Of a stretch of 64,000 nucleotides of DNA, positions 12,167 through 23,046 are shown in pieces; position 1 is the stretch's first letter; each line of letters starts with the position of its first letter. Source of the stretch: Spirogloea muscicola (Eukaryota); the NCBI GenBank assembly GCA_009602725.1, contig WELB01000011.1, positions 1,229,361-1,293,360 on the forward strand, read 5' to 3'. The notes beneath the pieces are model-generated. The model was not told the origin of the DNA. It did no database searches and worked only from the letters and a program-made list of their open reading frames with translations. Made by a program: the position numbers and the translations under genes.

Positions 12167-13980
12167 ATGGCCGCGCCTCCCGGCGGCGGCTGGAGCGGCG
12201 ACAACCTCGTCGTCGCCGTCACCGAGGACGCCGAGGCCGGCGCGGAGCTCGTGCGCTACGCGCTCGCCAGCCTCTACCACCCCGGCAGCTCCCTTTACCT
12301 CCTCCACATCGTCACCTCCCTTCCCAACCCCGGTGAGAGTCCTCGACGCACTGCCCGAGGCCTGGCCGCCGTGCCGATGCGCCTGCTTGCTGTGTCCTGC
12401 ACCGAACTCGACGCCTGAGATGCTGGCCGGCGACGACATGAGCAGCGACGAGAGCTGCGCGCCATCTGCATTCGCCGCTACGTTTGTCTGCTGTCGTCTC
12501 GACGGCCACACTGGCAGTCTGGACCCAGAAAGTGCCCCTGGCTAGCTTGCCAGGACAGTCCCTGGCTGCTCTTTCTCAGTTCCTGGGCTCACAAGGCTTG
12601 CTCACAAGGCTTATGTTGCAGATGGGAGCCGGCAAGTCGTCAGCCAGGTCAATGGCTTGCAACTCAGCCAGCACCTATTGTCGGTCGTGACCCCGCTCAT
12701 GGAGAAATACAAGGCAATGTGCGACCCCTACAAGGTGCCGGGCTTCACCCCATCTTTGCTGAGCTCGTGCCGGTGCCTGGCCTACAGACAGCCTCGGCTC
12801 TTTCTTACCAGTAGCATGACAGGTCAAACTCGTCTGCATCTGCAACGTGGCATCGTCCGCATCATGCCTGGCATGCATGATTGATTCCGATCTGATGCGA
12901 GTCTCAAGCCTTTGCCAGGTGACCGTCAGAGTCCGAGTAGCAAAGAACGACTGCGAAGGCAAGGGCATCATCAAGGCGGCCAACTCTCTCGGAGCCACCA
13001 GCTTGATATTGAGCCAGACGCCAAGCAGATTCCTCCGGTACGCCCTTGCAAGTGTCTGATGTGGAGCGGGTGGAAGCTCCATCCGTCCAGCTCTACAGCT
13101 GGCGGTGCTGTCTGTCATGCAATCTATACAGGCCGCATTGTCCACAGCCCCACTTCATCAGCTGGCCATCCTTCCTGCGATGTGATCCTACTGCAGTGGA
13201 TGGAGCATAGCATCGCTGATCAAGTTCTCTGTTCACCCTGCCTGTGTAAGCAGGCGTCCTGGGCAAACGGTGGAGTACTGTGCTTCACACAGATCTCCCA
13301 CATGCTCCTTACATGTCCTACGGAAGGGCAAGGTTGTCCTCCAGGAAGGAGTTATCGAGCGCAACCCCTTGCCCGTGGCTCTTACTGCGAATGTGCAGTC
13401 GTCCTCCAATGTCTCGGACTACTGGAGGCTGAGGAGGTCCCTACCTGAGGCATTGTCCTTCTCCAAGAGGCAAGCCCTAGGATCATTGACGGGCATATTC
13501 AGGCCGTCCGAGGCAAATTTCAGCCTGGGCAATAGTACGAGCTGCTCATCCTCGGTTAGTGATGCCTCCTCGTGCGCTACAACGACCTCACCGAGCTTGT
13601 CACCACGGCACTTGTCTGCGCCAGGCAGCGGCTCCCTCTCAGTGTTCTCTCCAGGTAGCGACCACTCTTTGGCTCCGCCCAGGAGGATCCCCTCGCCAGT
13701 GTCTGCCTGGTCTCTCTTTTTGAGGTCGAGGAGCCCTGGCGGCCAGGCCCACGGAGGTGGCAGCAGCAGTGCAAGCACACAGGGCTTGGACGAGGCAAGG
13801 CGCCTCAGCTTTGAGGACGACGATATGGGCAGAGACCTTAGAATGTTGGACGAACTGGAGGCAGCAGAGGAGGCGCTGATCATCCAGACGCTACAGACCA
13901 GCATAGAAAAGCGTAGCCAGATTGTAAGCGAGTCCCTAGCCAAGGTACAAGATCCTTCGCTGAAGAGAGTGTATGACTAG
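12167..13980 (+). CDS. Universal stress protein (USP)-like domain protein with Ser-rich tail, paralogue 1; ~4 exons
   Basis: LVVAVTED..LVRYAL..LYLLHIV; VRVAKNDCEGKGIIKAANSLGATSLIL; VEYCASHRSPTCSLHVLRKGK: USP/adenine-nucleotide alpha-hydrolase-like pattern as in the N-termini of plant U-box kinases. Confidence 0.7.
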
Positions 13981-14455
13981 CCAGAGAAACGTGCCTCTCT
14001 TTCTTCCCTAGGTCGTAGACTGGTCGCGAGTAGGTCAAGCGCAGTCTGCCTCGTTCTGAGCCACTGCTGCTATGCCCCACCAGACCAGGGGTTAGATGTA
14101 CTCTGACAAGAAACACTGGCTCAAGATAGATGGACACCGCATGTACAAGCCATGCGGCCAAGCACCAGCCAGCTGCGACTGTGTTTTATTAGGAGATGGC
14201 CCTCCCCTACAAGGTTCGGCCTCTACGGCGGTAGTCTGTGATGCTTCTGGCTTTGTACGTCATGCACACGCACTGAAGCTGTCAGAAGGACATGCTGCTC
14301 CTGCGCGTACTCGTTGTGGCTTAGTATCACTAAGCCACGTGGATAAGGTGTCCAGACTCATGGACGTAGACAGCTTGCTCAAAGCTCTCCTCTTCGACAG
14401 GGTGTGACATTGAAGTGAGTGCCTGGCGCTGAGGCAGTAGGTTAAAGTGCTGGGC

Positions 14456-14695
14456 TTAGAAGTCTCCATTGACGCTAGGGTACTGTGAGGTGCAGGTCCC
14501 CCAGGACTGAGGCGGCGCAGCAACGGTTTCCTGGAGGAGAGCGTCTGGACCCGCTGCCGGCTGTCCGGTGAGGATGATACGAATATCATCGGAGGCGCAA
14601 GCAGATAGCACATAAGCGCTGGGCTGGCCAGGACCAGGCTTGGAGGAGCCATGGGACGCCATGGCAGCGGCGGCGGGCGGGTGCCCACCCATCAT
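14456..14695 (-). CDS. Possible small uncharacterised ORF (MMGGHPPAAAAMASHG...)
   Basis: GC-rich ORF downstream of a TATA-like CCATATAAAG (minus strand, ~14838-14847); no homology recognised. Confidence 0.25.
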   Translation of the reverse strand: MMGGHPPAAAAMASHGSSKPGPGQPSAYVLSACASDDIRIILTGQPAAGPDALLQETVAAPPQSWGTCTSQYPSVNGDF

Positions 14696-15009
14696 CCGCA
14701 GCAATGGAGAGTGCATTGATTGATGGAGACTGAGCAGGGGGCGGCGGGTTGGCGGCGCACGAGCGGGAGCGCCGGGACCTGCGCCTTGGGCCGAGCTAGG
14801 GGCAGCGCGCCTCAATCATCAGCACCGGCTTCACGCGCTTTATATGGAAAAGCGGGCGTGGGGCCATAAGATACAAGGCCCGCCATGGGCATCAAACGAA
14901 AGGGTACCCAATTTTAGCCCATACATCATCCAGGCAAAAGCTAGTGCCAGATTGGGGGCTTTATAAATCGTGGTACTATGGTAAGGTGGCTATAGTATCA
15001 GCTTGATAT

Positions 15010-15108
15010 AAATACGCACGGGTGAGCACATACAGATCCGACAGGCTAACCTGGGGAGCCGAACCGCCGTCACGAAAGCCGGTGGCCTGACGAGTTTAGA
15101 GCGCGCCC
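15010..15108 (-). mobile_element. CRE-like family A C-terminal fragment
   Basis: Similar to 46570-46660 (QVSLSDLYVLTR). Confidence 0.7.
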
Positions 15109-15109
15109 A

Positions 15110-15292
15110 GCCAGGAGCCTAGCGTCTCCGACATGAGGCTGCTTAGCAGGTGTTACTGAGTGATCCGTAGCTGCTTTGTTTCTTTGTGAGCTTGTTTTTC
15201 TTAGCGCTTCCCCTGGCCCCCTTCTCGTCCTTTGTTGATTCTTTTTTGGGCTGGCTTTTCCAGCCCCTATTCTCAATGGGCGAGCACTTTCT
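15110..15292 (+). mobile_element. CRE-like family C 3' end
   Basis: GGCTGCTTAGCAGGTGTTACTGAGTG...GGGCTGGCTTTTCCAGCCCCTATTCTCAATGGGCGAGCACTTTC. Confidence 0.8.
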
Positions 15293-15294
15293 CC

Positions 15295-15814
15295 AGTTGT
15301 TGTTACGGAGGCATATAAAGGCCCAGCATCAACACACATTGCTGGGCACGCAGTGGGCGGAGCAGAGCAAAGAAAACTGCGGCATTACTCCGATTACCCC
15401 CAATGCGATCAACTCCTGCCAGCTGCAATCGACAACTTTGGCTGTCTGGGTCCTCGCTTCCACACTCTGCTTCAAAACATTGCCAATCTAGGCTACACTC
15501 GACGCGCAGATGTGTTTCCGGCTGAGATGGGCTTGCCAGCTGCATATCTGTCGCTCTTGCGACGTCGAGTTTCGGCCTGTTTGCAGCGTGCTCAGGCTAG
15601 TGCCTTGCACCAGAAAGCTGGGCGAGCTCTAGTAGGTGGCAGAAGGGCTCCGTTCCTGGCATCTAGTATTCATGCATCGAGTAGTGACCTTTATGTTTTG
15701 ACCCGTGGTTATTGAGCGGGTCAATCTGCTGTAGGTTATGTAGATTTTTAGATGTGCTTGCCTTTGTACCTGGCCATTTGGCCTACATTTCTTTCTAATA
15801 CACGATCTCTTTCC
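15295..15814 (+). mobile_element. 5'-truncated CRE-like LINE, family B2: end of the restriction-like endonuclease plus 3' UTR
   Basis: Open frame VVVTEAYK..GHAVGGAEQRKLRHY..PAAIDNFGCLG..RVSACLQRAQA..DLYVLTRGY* (stop at 15715). Confidence 0.85.
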
Positions 15815-16249
15815 AGCGGGCTGAGCCTCTGTGGTGTGGTCGAGGGACGGCAGTTCATGCCGCTGAGCGAGACGAGGGGCCGCCGATGCCGTGGGGAGGC
15901 AGTTGGTGGTGCTGCCGCTGGGCCTGCTGCCGCGGCACAGCCAACACCAGCGACGGCTGTTCTCAGTTGTGGCGGCCGGCCGGCGGCAGGGGGGTCGCAG
16001 CGGGGCGCCGCCAGGGCCCCCACCAAGCGAAGCTTTGAACTTGTTCATTCCTTTCCTGGGCTGACCGATGACAGCCTTCACCCTCTACTGACACAGCCTT
16101 TCACACAGCCTTTCGCCCCACCAAGGCAGCAGCCACGGCCGCACCGAGGTCACTGACCGGACCGGAAGAAAGGTGCGCGGTGCGCATGATTTTTAAAAGG
16201 AGGCCACTTCGAGCCTCACCAAGTCCTGGTAACGGGGCAATAAGCTGGC

Positions 16250-16725
16250 TAAGAAAAATTTGGAAGAGATGGAGGGCCTGTGTGGCCATGTACAAAGGCA
16301 AGCACATTGACATACGTACATCACCTGCTGCTAAGCTGACCCGCTCAGTAACCACGAGTCAGCACATAGAGGTCGCTAACTGATGCCCGAATACCGGACG
16401 GCAATCGACAAGCTCGTGAGCTACCAGCTATGGCTCGACCAGCTTTCCGATGCAACGCATGAGCCTGAGCTCGCTGCAGAAAAGCTGACACTTGACATCG
16501 CAAGAATGACAAGTGGGCTGCCGGCATGCCCATCTGTGCTGGAAGTATATTTTCACATCGAGTATATCCCAGACTTGCAATATTCTCAAGTAGGATATGG
16601 AAGCCAGGACCCATGCAGCCAAAAGTGTCTATTGCGCAGGTAGGAGGTGATCACTGCGGGGGTAGTCAGAGTAGTGTAGGAGCTTTCTCTGCTCTGCACC
16701 TCTACTGCGTGGCCAGCGATGTGAG
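16250..16725 (-). mobile_element. 5'-truncated CRE-like LINE, family B
   Basis: ORF 16345..16614 ends DLYVLTRGY*; same 3' UTR as 27415-27510 and 44065-44165. Confidence 0.85.
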
Positions 16726-16734
16726 TAAGGGGTT

Positions 16735-18460
16735 CTCTGGTACCCACGAGTGAGCACATACATATTCGACAAGCTAAGCTGAGGAGCCAGAGCAACACCA
16801 CGCAGGAAGATAGACGCTTCCAGAAGAGGGCAGTGGCTGGGAGAGGCCAGCCCAGACAATAGGACTGACAAAGTCTGAAAGGCCCAGGGAAAGCGCTAAA
16901 GCACACACGGAATCAAATAGCTACAAAACATGCAGTAACCCTACTAAGTAACCGCAGGTCGGAGAAACTAGTCTCCTGCCAGGGGGGATGGCCGTGCCGG
17001 AGACGGCCGCCCAAAGGCAAGCGCAGTTTCTCAGCTGTCGCGGCACAAATGGCTGCTGGTATTGCGAGCGGCTGTGAAAGTAAAGGCGAGCTGTGCGCTC
17101 ATGCTGAAAGTGAGGCCAACAGGCCTAAAGCAACACACAATTCATCAAAGAGGGAAGGGAATCTTAAACAATGGGTCAAAGCGGAAGGCTTAGGCTTGGG
17201 GTGAGAGAAAGACTCCTACAGTAGAGGGCGATGGCTGTGATTGGCCAGCCCATATAAAAGAAGAAGCAAATTTCGAAGGGGACAGAAAAGCGGGGGGGTT
17301 TACGGAACGGGTTTTTCTGTTACGGAACCCCTCGCTGCTGCCTCTGGCTCTGGCCAGGGGACCCACTTCCAGGAGCCTAGCATCTCCGACCTACGGCTGC
17401 TTAGCAGGGGTTACTGAGTGATTCGTAGCTGCTTTGTTTCTTTGTGTGCTTGTTTTTCTTAGCGCTTTCCCCTGGCCCCCTTCTCGTACTCTGTTCATTC
17501 TTTTTTGGGCTGGCTTTTCCAGCCCCTATCCTCAGTGGGCGAGCACTTTCTCTACGGAAGCAGGGCAAGGGCGAAGCGGGCTTCAGTATACACGAGTGAA
17601 GCCCGAAGCGCAGCCCGAAGCACACGGAGCGAGACCATGTGCCGCCGACCGCGCCGAGGAGCCGGGAGGCCGTCAGGAAACAGTGGGGCAAAGGAGGCCT
17701 GGGCGGAGCCAGGGCCCGGCGGCAGCGGAGGCGGAGGTGGAGGCGGGGGCGGGCCCACCACCGTCGCGCCACTTCTGCGCGGCCACGAGGGGGACGTCTC
17801 GCTGCCCCAGCTCCCTGCGGAACGTCTCAGACTCCCACGCGCCGGTTGGTGCAAAACCGCCGGAGCGGGCACCGGCGCGGATCGAGAGAGAGGCGCGCGG
17901 GGCGCATGATAATAGGGAGGCCAATTCAAGCCAACACATTGTTCAGGCAGTCTAGGGCAAAGTAAACAAGGCTATCGAGAGGAGGGAGGGGAAGAGAGAA
18001 GGCGCGCGGTGCGCGTGATATGATAGGGTGGCCAATTCAAGCCAACGCATAGGGCAAGGCGACGCAGGCTCTTCCGATGGGCCTGCGGAGCGGAAGCCGT
18101 TTCCAGACGAGAGAGAAGAAGCGCGGTGCGCTTGAAATGTAAGCGTGGCCTCATGAAGCCACATACAATGTTCATGTAAAAGTTAGTGCAAGAAGTGGGG
18201 CTACATCACAGAGACAAAGCCCTATGCTAAGGTTGCTAAGTTAACAGTGTGACGTCAGTACCCCCGGTGAGCTCATACGACAGGCTAACTTGGGGAGCTG
18301 GAGCGCCGCTCAAACGGGGGCGATGGTAGTGGAAGGCCAGCCCGGAAAAGGAGCAGCGCGTCCAAAGTACGGCGAGATCACCAGCCCAAAGAGAGAAGAC
18401 GCACGGTGCGCATGAACTTAAAGCGAGGCCAATTCAAGCCAACACATTGTTCAGGCAAAA
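16735..18460. mobile_element. Mosaic of further CRE-like 3' fragments (G-type 16810-16980 -, C 17330-17552 +, several A-type 17885-18460 -)
   Basis: Repeated AGAAGGCGCGCGG..GCATG..GGCCAATTCAAGCCAA..CATTGTTCAGGCA motif (17885, 17995, 18115, 18390); 17330-17552 closely matches 26035-26256. Confidence 0.75.
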
Positions 18461-18525
18461 AACGCAGAGAGTGCAAAGAAAGCAGCGCAAAGAATGTGGC
18501 TACATTGAATGACGCCCTACACTGG

Positions 18526-18854
18526 GAGGGCCGGAGGTGCCACAGAGCGGGGGGAGCCGTGCTGACGGGGGCCATGTCGACTCGACCTGTACCGCTTGTG
18601 GAGCTGCTAGAGGGTGAGGAAGAAGCAATGGCAGGAGGGAGGGCGAGTGGGGGAAAAGAGGGCCGAAGGTGCCACAGATCGGGGGGAGCCGTGCTGACGG
18701 GGGCCATGTCGACTCGACCTGTACCGCTTGTGGAGCTGCTAGAGGAGGGTGAGGAAGAAGCAATGGCAGGAGGGAGGGCGGGTGGGGGAAAAGAGGGCCG
18801 AAGGTGCCACAGATCGGGGGGAGCCGTGCTGACGGGGGCCATGTCGACTCGACC
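18526..18854. repeat. Tandem repeat, ~2.5 copies, period 132/135 bp
   Basis: GAGGGCCG.AGGTGCCACAGA.CGGGGGGAGCCGTGCTGACGGGGGCCATGTCGACTCGACC at ~18526, 18658 and 18793. Confidence 0.95.
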
Positions 18855-19109
18855 CGGGGGAGCAGCGCGCGGGAGCGGGAGCCGGGGTCGCGGCGAAGTC
18901 ACCGCCAAGTCAGTAGCCAAGGAACCTCTCTTCTCGGCTTCGTCGTGAGCTGTACGGTGGAAGGTCCAAGCAAGTCAACACCAAGGGCCGAAGCCCGGAC
19001 GGATGGCGGGGCTTTACCGCTACCGCCGCGCCGCTCCCAGTGCCACCCGAAAACCCGTACCACCCGCGTCCTTGCACCCGCCACCGGCCCGAGCTCGCCC
19101 CCGCCCGCC

Positions 19110-19831
19110 ATGGCGACCAGCTTCCTCCCCGTCGCCTTCCAGGGCCTGGGCTTGTCCTCCGACGACGGTCAGCCCGCGCCCCCGCGATGCCCCCGCCCGC
19201 GCTCTGGCGCCTTGGCGCCTCCCTCCGCCTGCTGACCCGCGCTCTCGCCGGCCGCCCGGTCCATGCAGGCGCCTGCCCGTCGGACGACCCGTCCACCTGG
19301 GACGAGTCGTCCGAGTCCGACTTCACGGAGGACAATGTGGACCAGGCGCCGCTCCCGGAAAGCGCCAACCCGCCTTGGCCGTGCTCGACGGAGTACGCTG
19401 CCTCCTATGCGTCTGCATACTCGCAGGCATACTCGACCGACGATCTGGCCGGTGGCTACCCCGATTACTACCCGCAGGACGGCGAGGCTGTAGGAACAGA
19501 GGAGACGGACGAGCGCTTTGCCTATCAGCCCCCATCACCACCATTTGCAGCTCCGGCCTACCCTCCGTTGCCCCAGAGCAACGCTGCACCGAGCTTCTAC
19601 GACCAGCCGCCCCAGAAAGCTGAGCCGGAGCCCGAGGAACGTGCGGGACAGGAGGTTGTCTGGTCTATGAGCTTCGGTCACCAGCCTGGACAGGCCAGCA
19701 AGCATGACTCCGTGGGCACCAGTGGTCACCAGCCTGGACAGGCCAGCAAGTATGACGCGCATGAGGCGGCTGTGCCGTACGGCTACCCGCCCCGAATCCG
19801 CCCAACAGAGGCTGGTGACAAGAAGCAAGAG
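19110..19831 (+). CDS. Uncharacterised acidic Pro/Tyr-rich protein; exon 1 19110-19167, exon 2 from 19269; interrupted at the single-N join 19832
   Basis: GCCATGG start context; a GT..CAG intron keeps the frame (MATSFLPVAFQGLGLSSDDG/ACPSDDPSTWDESSESDF...). Confidence 0.5.
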
Positions 19832-20290
19832 NGCCCCAGAAAGGTGGTGGGCAAAAGCCACCCCGGGGTGGAGCGGGCATGGGCGCGGATCCTGCCGCAT
19901 CGCAGGGCGGCACGCGACGTCCGCGCGGCCACGCACGTGGGCCGCCCCCGCCGCCGCGGCGGCCCAGTGAGGGAGCCAGGCTCAGGGGGGGCCCCGGCCG
20001 GCCCCCCCTGGCGGCCCTCCTCCTTTCACCTGGCTGCCGTTCCCAGCTGCTCTTATCGATGCCTGCAACCGCATCACCTTCTAACGAGAAGGTAATGCGG
20101 TCCAAGCGACACCGTGCGCCGTCTCGCCTGGCGCCACCCACCCGCCGCGCCCCCAGCAGAGCCACCCCCATCCCCTCCATTGCGCCCCCTCACCCTGCCC
20201 ACCTCGCCGCCGCCGCCCGCGCCCGCGCCCGCGCCCGCGCCCCCGCGCCCGCCCCGCACGTCTGGTTCCCTGCTTCCACTGCAAAGCAGC

Positions 20291-22469
20291 ATGAGGGAGG
20301 TGATACCCCAAGCGCCGGCGCGCGTCCTGGCCGTCGTCTCCGCCGACGCCGCCGTGAGCCGCGGCACGCTGCGCTGGCTGCGCCACCGCGGGCTCCGCGC
20401 CGGCGACGCCCTCGCGCTGCTCTTCGTCATCGCCGCCATTCCCGACGCCCGTGCGCCCGCTGCCCAACCTCGCCGTGCCGTGCTTCTTGCCAGGCCCACC
20501 GGATTCACTGCTGCTCCACCTTTGGCTGCGCCGCCGTACGTGACACCTTCACCTGACGGCGCCTCGCTCCGCTCTCTCGCCTGTCGGGGCGGTCTGCCAG
20601 GAGGCGCGAGGAGGCCCGTGAGCCGCTGCGACCCGGTGCAGATCATCGCGCACATCCAGGAGGTCGTGCGGCCCCTCCTCGACGCCTACGTTGCCCTCCT
20701 CCACGACCTGCAGGTGCGGCACTTTGCACGAGCACTCGCGTGGTGCTCCATGGCCCGCCCGCATGCGGGTCATTGCCTGTAAAGAGAGATTCGGAGAGAC
20801 CGGCAGCAAGCCATGCCGCGGCCGGCCTTCTCTGTACTTAGTGGGTCACCAGAGCATCGCTAAGAAGCAGGCTGGGGTGCAAGACCGCCGGGTTAGCGAG
20901 GTTGGCGGGTGAGGATGGCAACGCCACCTCCTTGCTCGTGACGGAGTCCCCGGAATGCCAGCCCTGATCCAGAAGGTGGTGCCATCCTGGCGCGCAGGTG
21001 GTGGTCGACTTCCGGGTTGCCAAGAATGACAGCGAGGAAAGGGCCATTGTTGACGAGGTTGTGGCCTTTGGAGCCACCAAGCTTGTGATGGGAAGGCCGT
21101 CCAAGGTCTTCGGCAGGTCAGTCGCTATGCACAGCAGCCTCTCATAGTGGGACAGTCAAGCGCAGAGTTAACCAACTTTCTGACACGTGCAGATCTGGGA
21201 GATGAGGGTTGAATTCAATCTCCTTCTCTCCTCGCGTCAGAGCCCAAAACATGGCAGCTGCACATGATTTTTCGATAGGTGCTGCTCAAAGAAAGGACGG
21301 ACACAATCAAGGAGGCGGCTTTTGGCAAGCTGTGTCCTTGTCAGCGCCTCAGACCTCGCATGCTGGTCCTCCATTGCAGGGGCCTTGGGAACGTGGTGAA
21401 ATACTGCGTGAAGAACCGGCCATCTGGATGCGAGGTCCTGGTCGTGCAGAAGCAGAAGCTGGTGCTCCACGAGTGCGGCGAGGAGAGCAGCCCGACGCTG
21501 ACGACTGTCGGCAGCGGCGAGCTGCTGAGTCCGTCAAGTCACCACAGCCAGGGCAGTTGGGGCGAAGCCTCGCCAAGAGGCGAGAACAGCAAATATCTGC
21601 TCAAGTCCCTGAAAGTGGCGGGCCTCCCGCAGGTGACTGCTGCAGCACCGAGGTCTCCTCTTGGAAATCGTGCAAGCTCCTTCTCGCCGCCCGGGAAGGT
21701 CAACACAAAGCCCACAACAAACGACGACGGGTGGAGCTTCCACCAGAGCCCGCCAGTTGCTGCTGCTTCTGCAGAGGTCCCTAGCGACAACGGACGTGCA
21801 GAGGCAGGGAGGAGGTGCAAGCAAGTGCTATTTGGGTGGAGGCGGGCTCCCATGAGCACAGCAAGCGAGGAGCCAAAGGTGCCAGACTCGCCATCGTTGC
21901 AGAGCGTGACAACGACGGACTCTCCGACCCAATCCTGCAGCAGCCCGGCCCAGTGGCGGCAGATCGTGAGCAGCCCCAGGCCGTCAGACTTGCTGCAAAG
22001 TGTTAGCACGTCCGATGCTTCGAGCCTCCGATCACCATCCTCCCAGTTCACGCTCGATGATGCCATCTGCGAGCTGCGGAATTTGCGGCGGGCTCCACGT
22101 GCCCCACTGCCAGCTGTGGCTGGCAATGAAGACCTGAAGCTGGACGATGAGCTGTCGCGGTCCGACGACGGGAGCAACACCGGAGCGTCTGACACAGTGG
22201 CCGCGCTGTCACTGGCCGCCGGTGGCCGAAGCGGCCTTGACGCAATTGACAGGGTGCAGAGGGTGGCAGTGCGGCGGCGGGGTGGGCACTTCCGGCACAT
22301 GAGCTACGATGCGACAAGCTCCAGCGCAAATCTCATGCTTGTGGGGTGTCACACGCCGGAGCAGGAGGACGATGCCATGGCGCGCATTCTCAAGACCAGC
22401 ATCGAGCGCCGCAACTGCATTCTTCTCATGGGGGCCCGTCAGAATGAAGAAACTGCCCTCTACTGCTGA
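20291..22469 (+). CDS. USP-like domain protein with Ser-rich tail, paralogue 2; multi-exon
   Basis: RVLAVVSADAAVSRGTLRW..GDALALLFVI; VDFRVAKNDSEERAIVDEVVAFGATKLVMG; NVVKYCVKNRPSGCEVLVVQKQK; start codon uncertain. Confidence 0.7.
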
Positions 22470-23046
22470 CACTGAGCCTTGCATGCCGCAAAAGGAAGGG
22501 CACATGTGTCACACACACTGTATCCCGGGAGGACATCCCTTAGCACTTGCAGAGACAACCGAAACTTCTGTGCTTCCACTTGCAGCTTTAGCCTGCACTT
22601 ATGACTGCTAGCCTGGGCAAGAGATCAGCAGTGACAGCTTCAAGGACATCGTTAAGCTGAGGCAAGCTGGGACTGCTTTCACAGCAACAAAGACTTATGT
22701 GCTCAAGTCTCTTCTGGGCTCCTCTGCTGCAAGAGCAGCCTTGCTGCTCCTTGGCTACAAGAGCAGTGACAGATTTGGCCAGCTGCAAGTCATGTGAAAT
22801 TTTGCCAAGTGCAGGAGCAGTCTGACATCGTCCTGCTAATGACGTTTGTGAGCCACTCATGCTCACAAACTGCGGCATTGGGTTGCTGGTTATACATGTC
22901 AAGTGCAACTTACATATTGCAGGCAGTAATCTGATGGACCAATTTTGGACCAATCTTGATCAGGACCTCATTGTAATCTTAGCTGCTAATATCTTGCAGA
23001 CTACATAACATGTACAGCAACAGTCTGCATATCACCAGTATAGACA

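Noticed and set aside
11273..12511. Long ORFs spanning the N gap (also 62511-63466)
   Set aside because: Artefacts of translating Ns as X.
17290..17332. TTACGGAAC repeated twice, as a possible transposon terminus
   Set aside because: No matching inverted partner found in the window.
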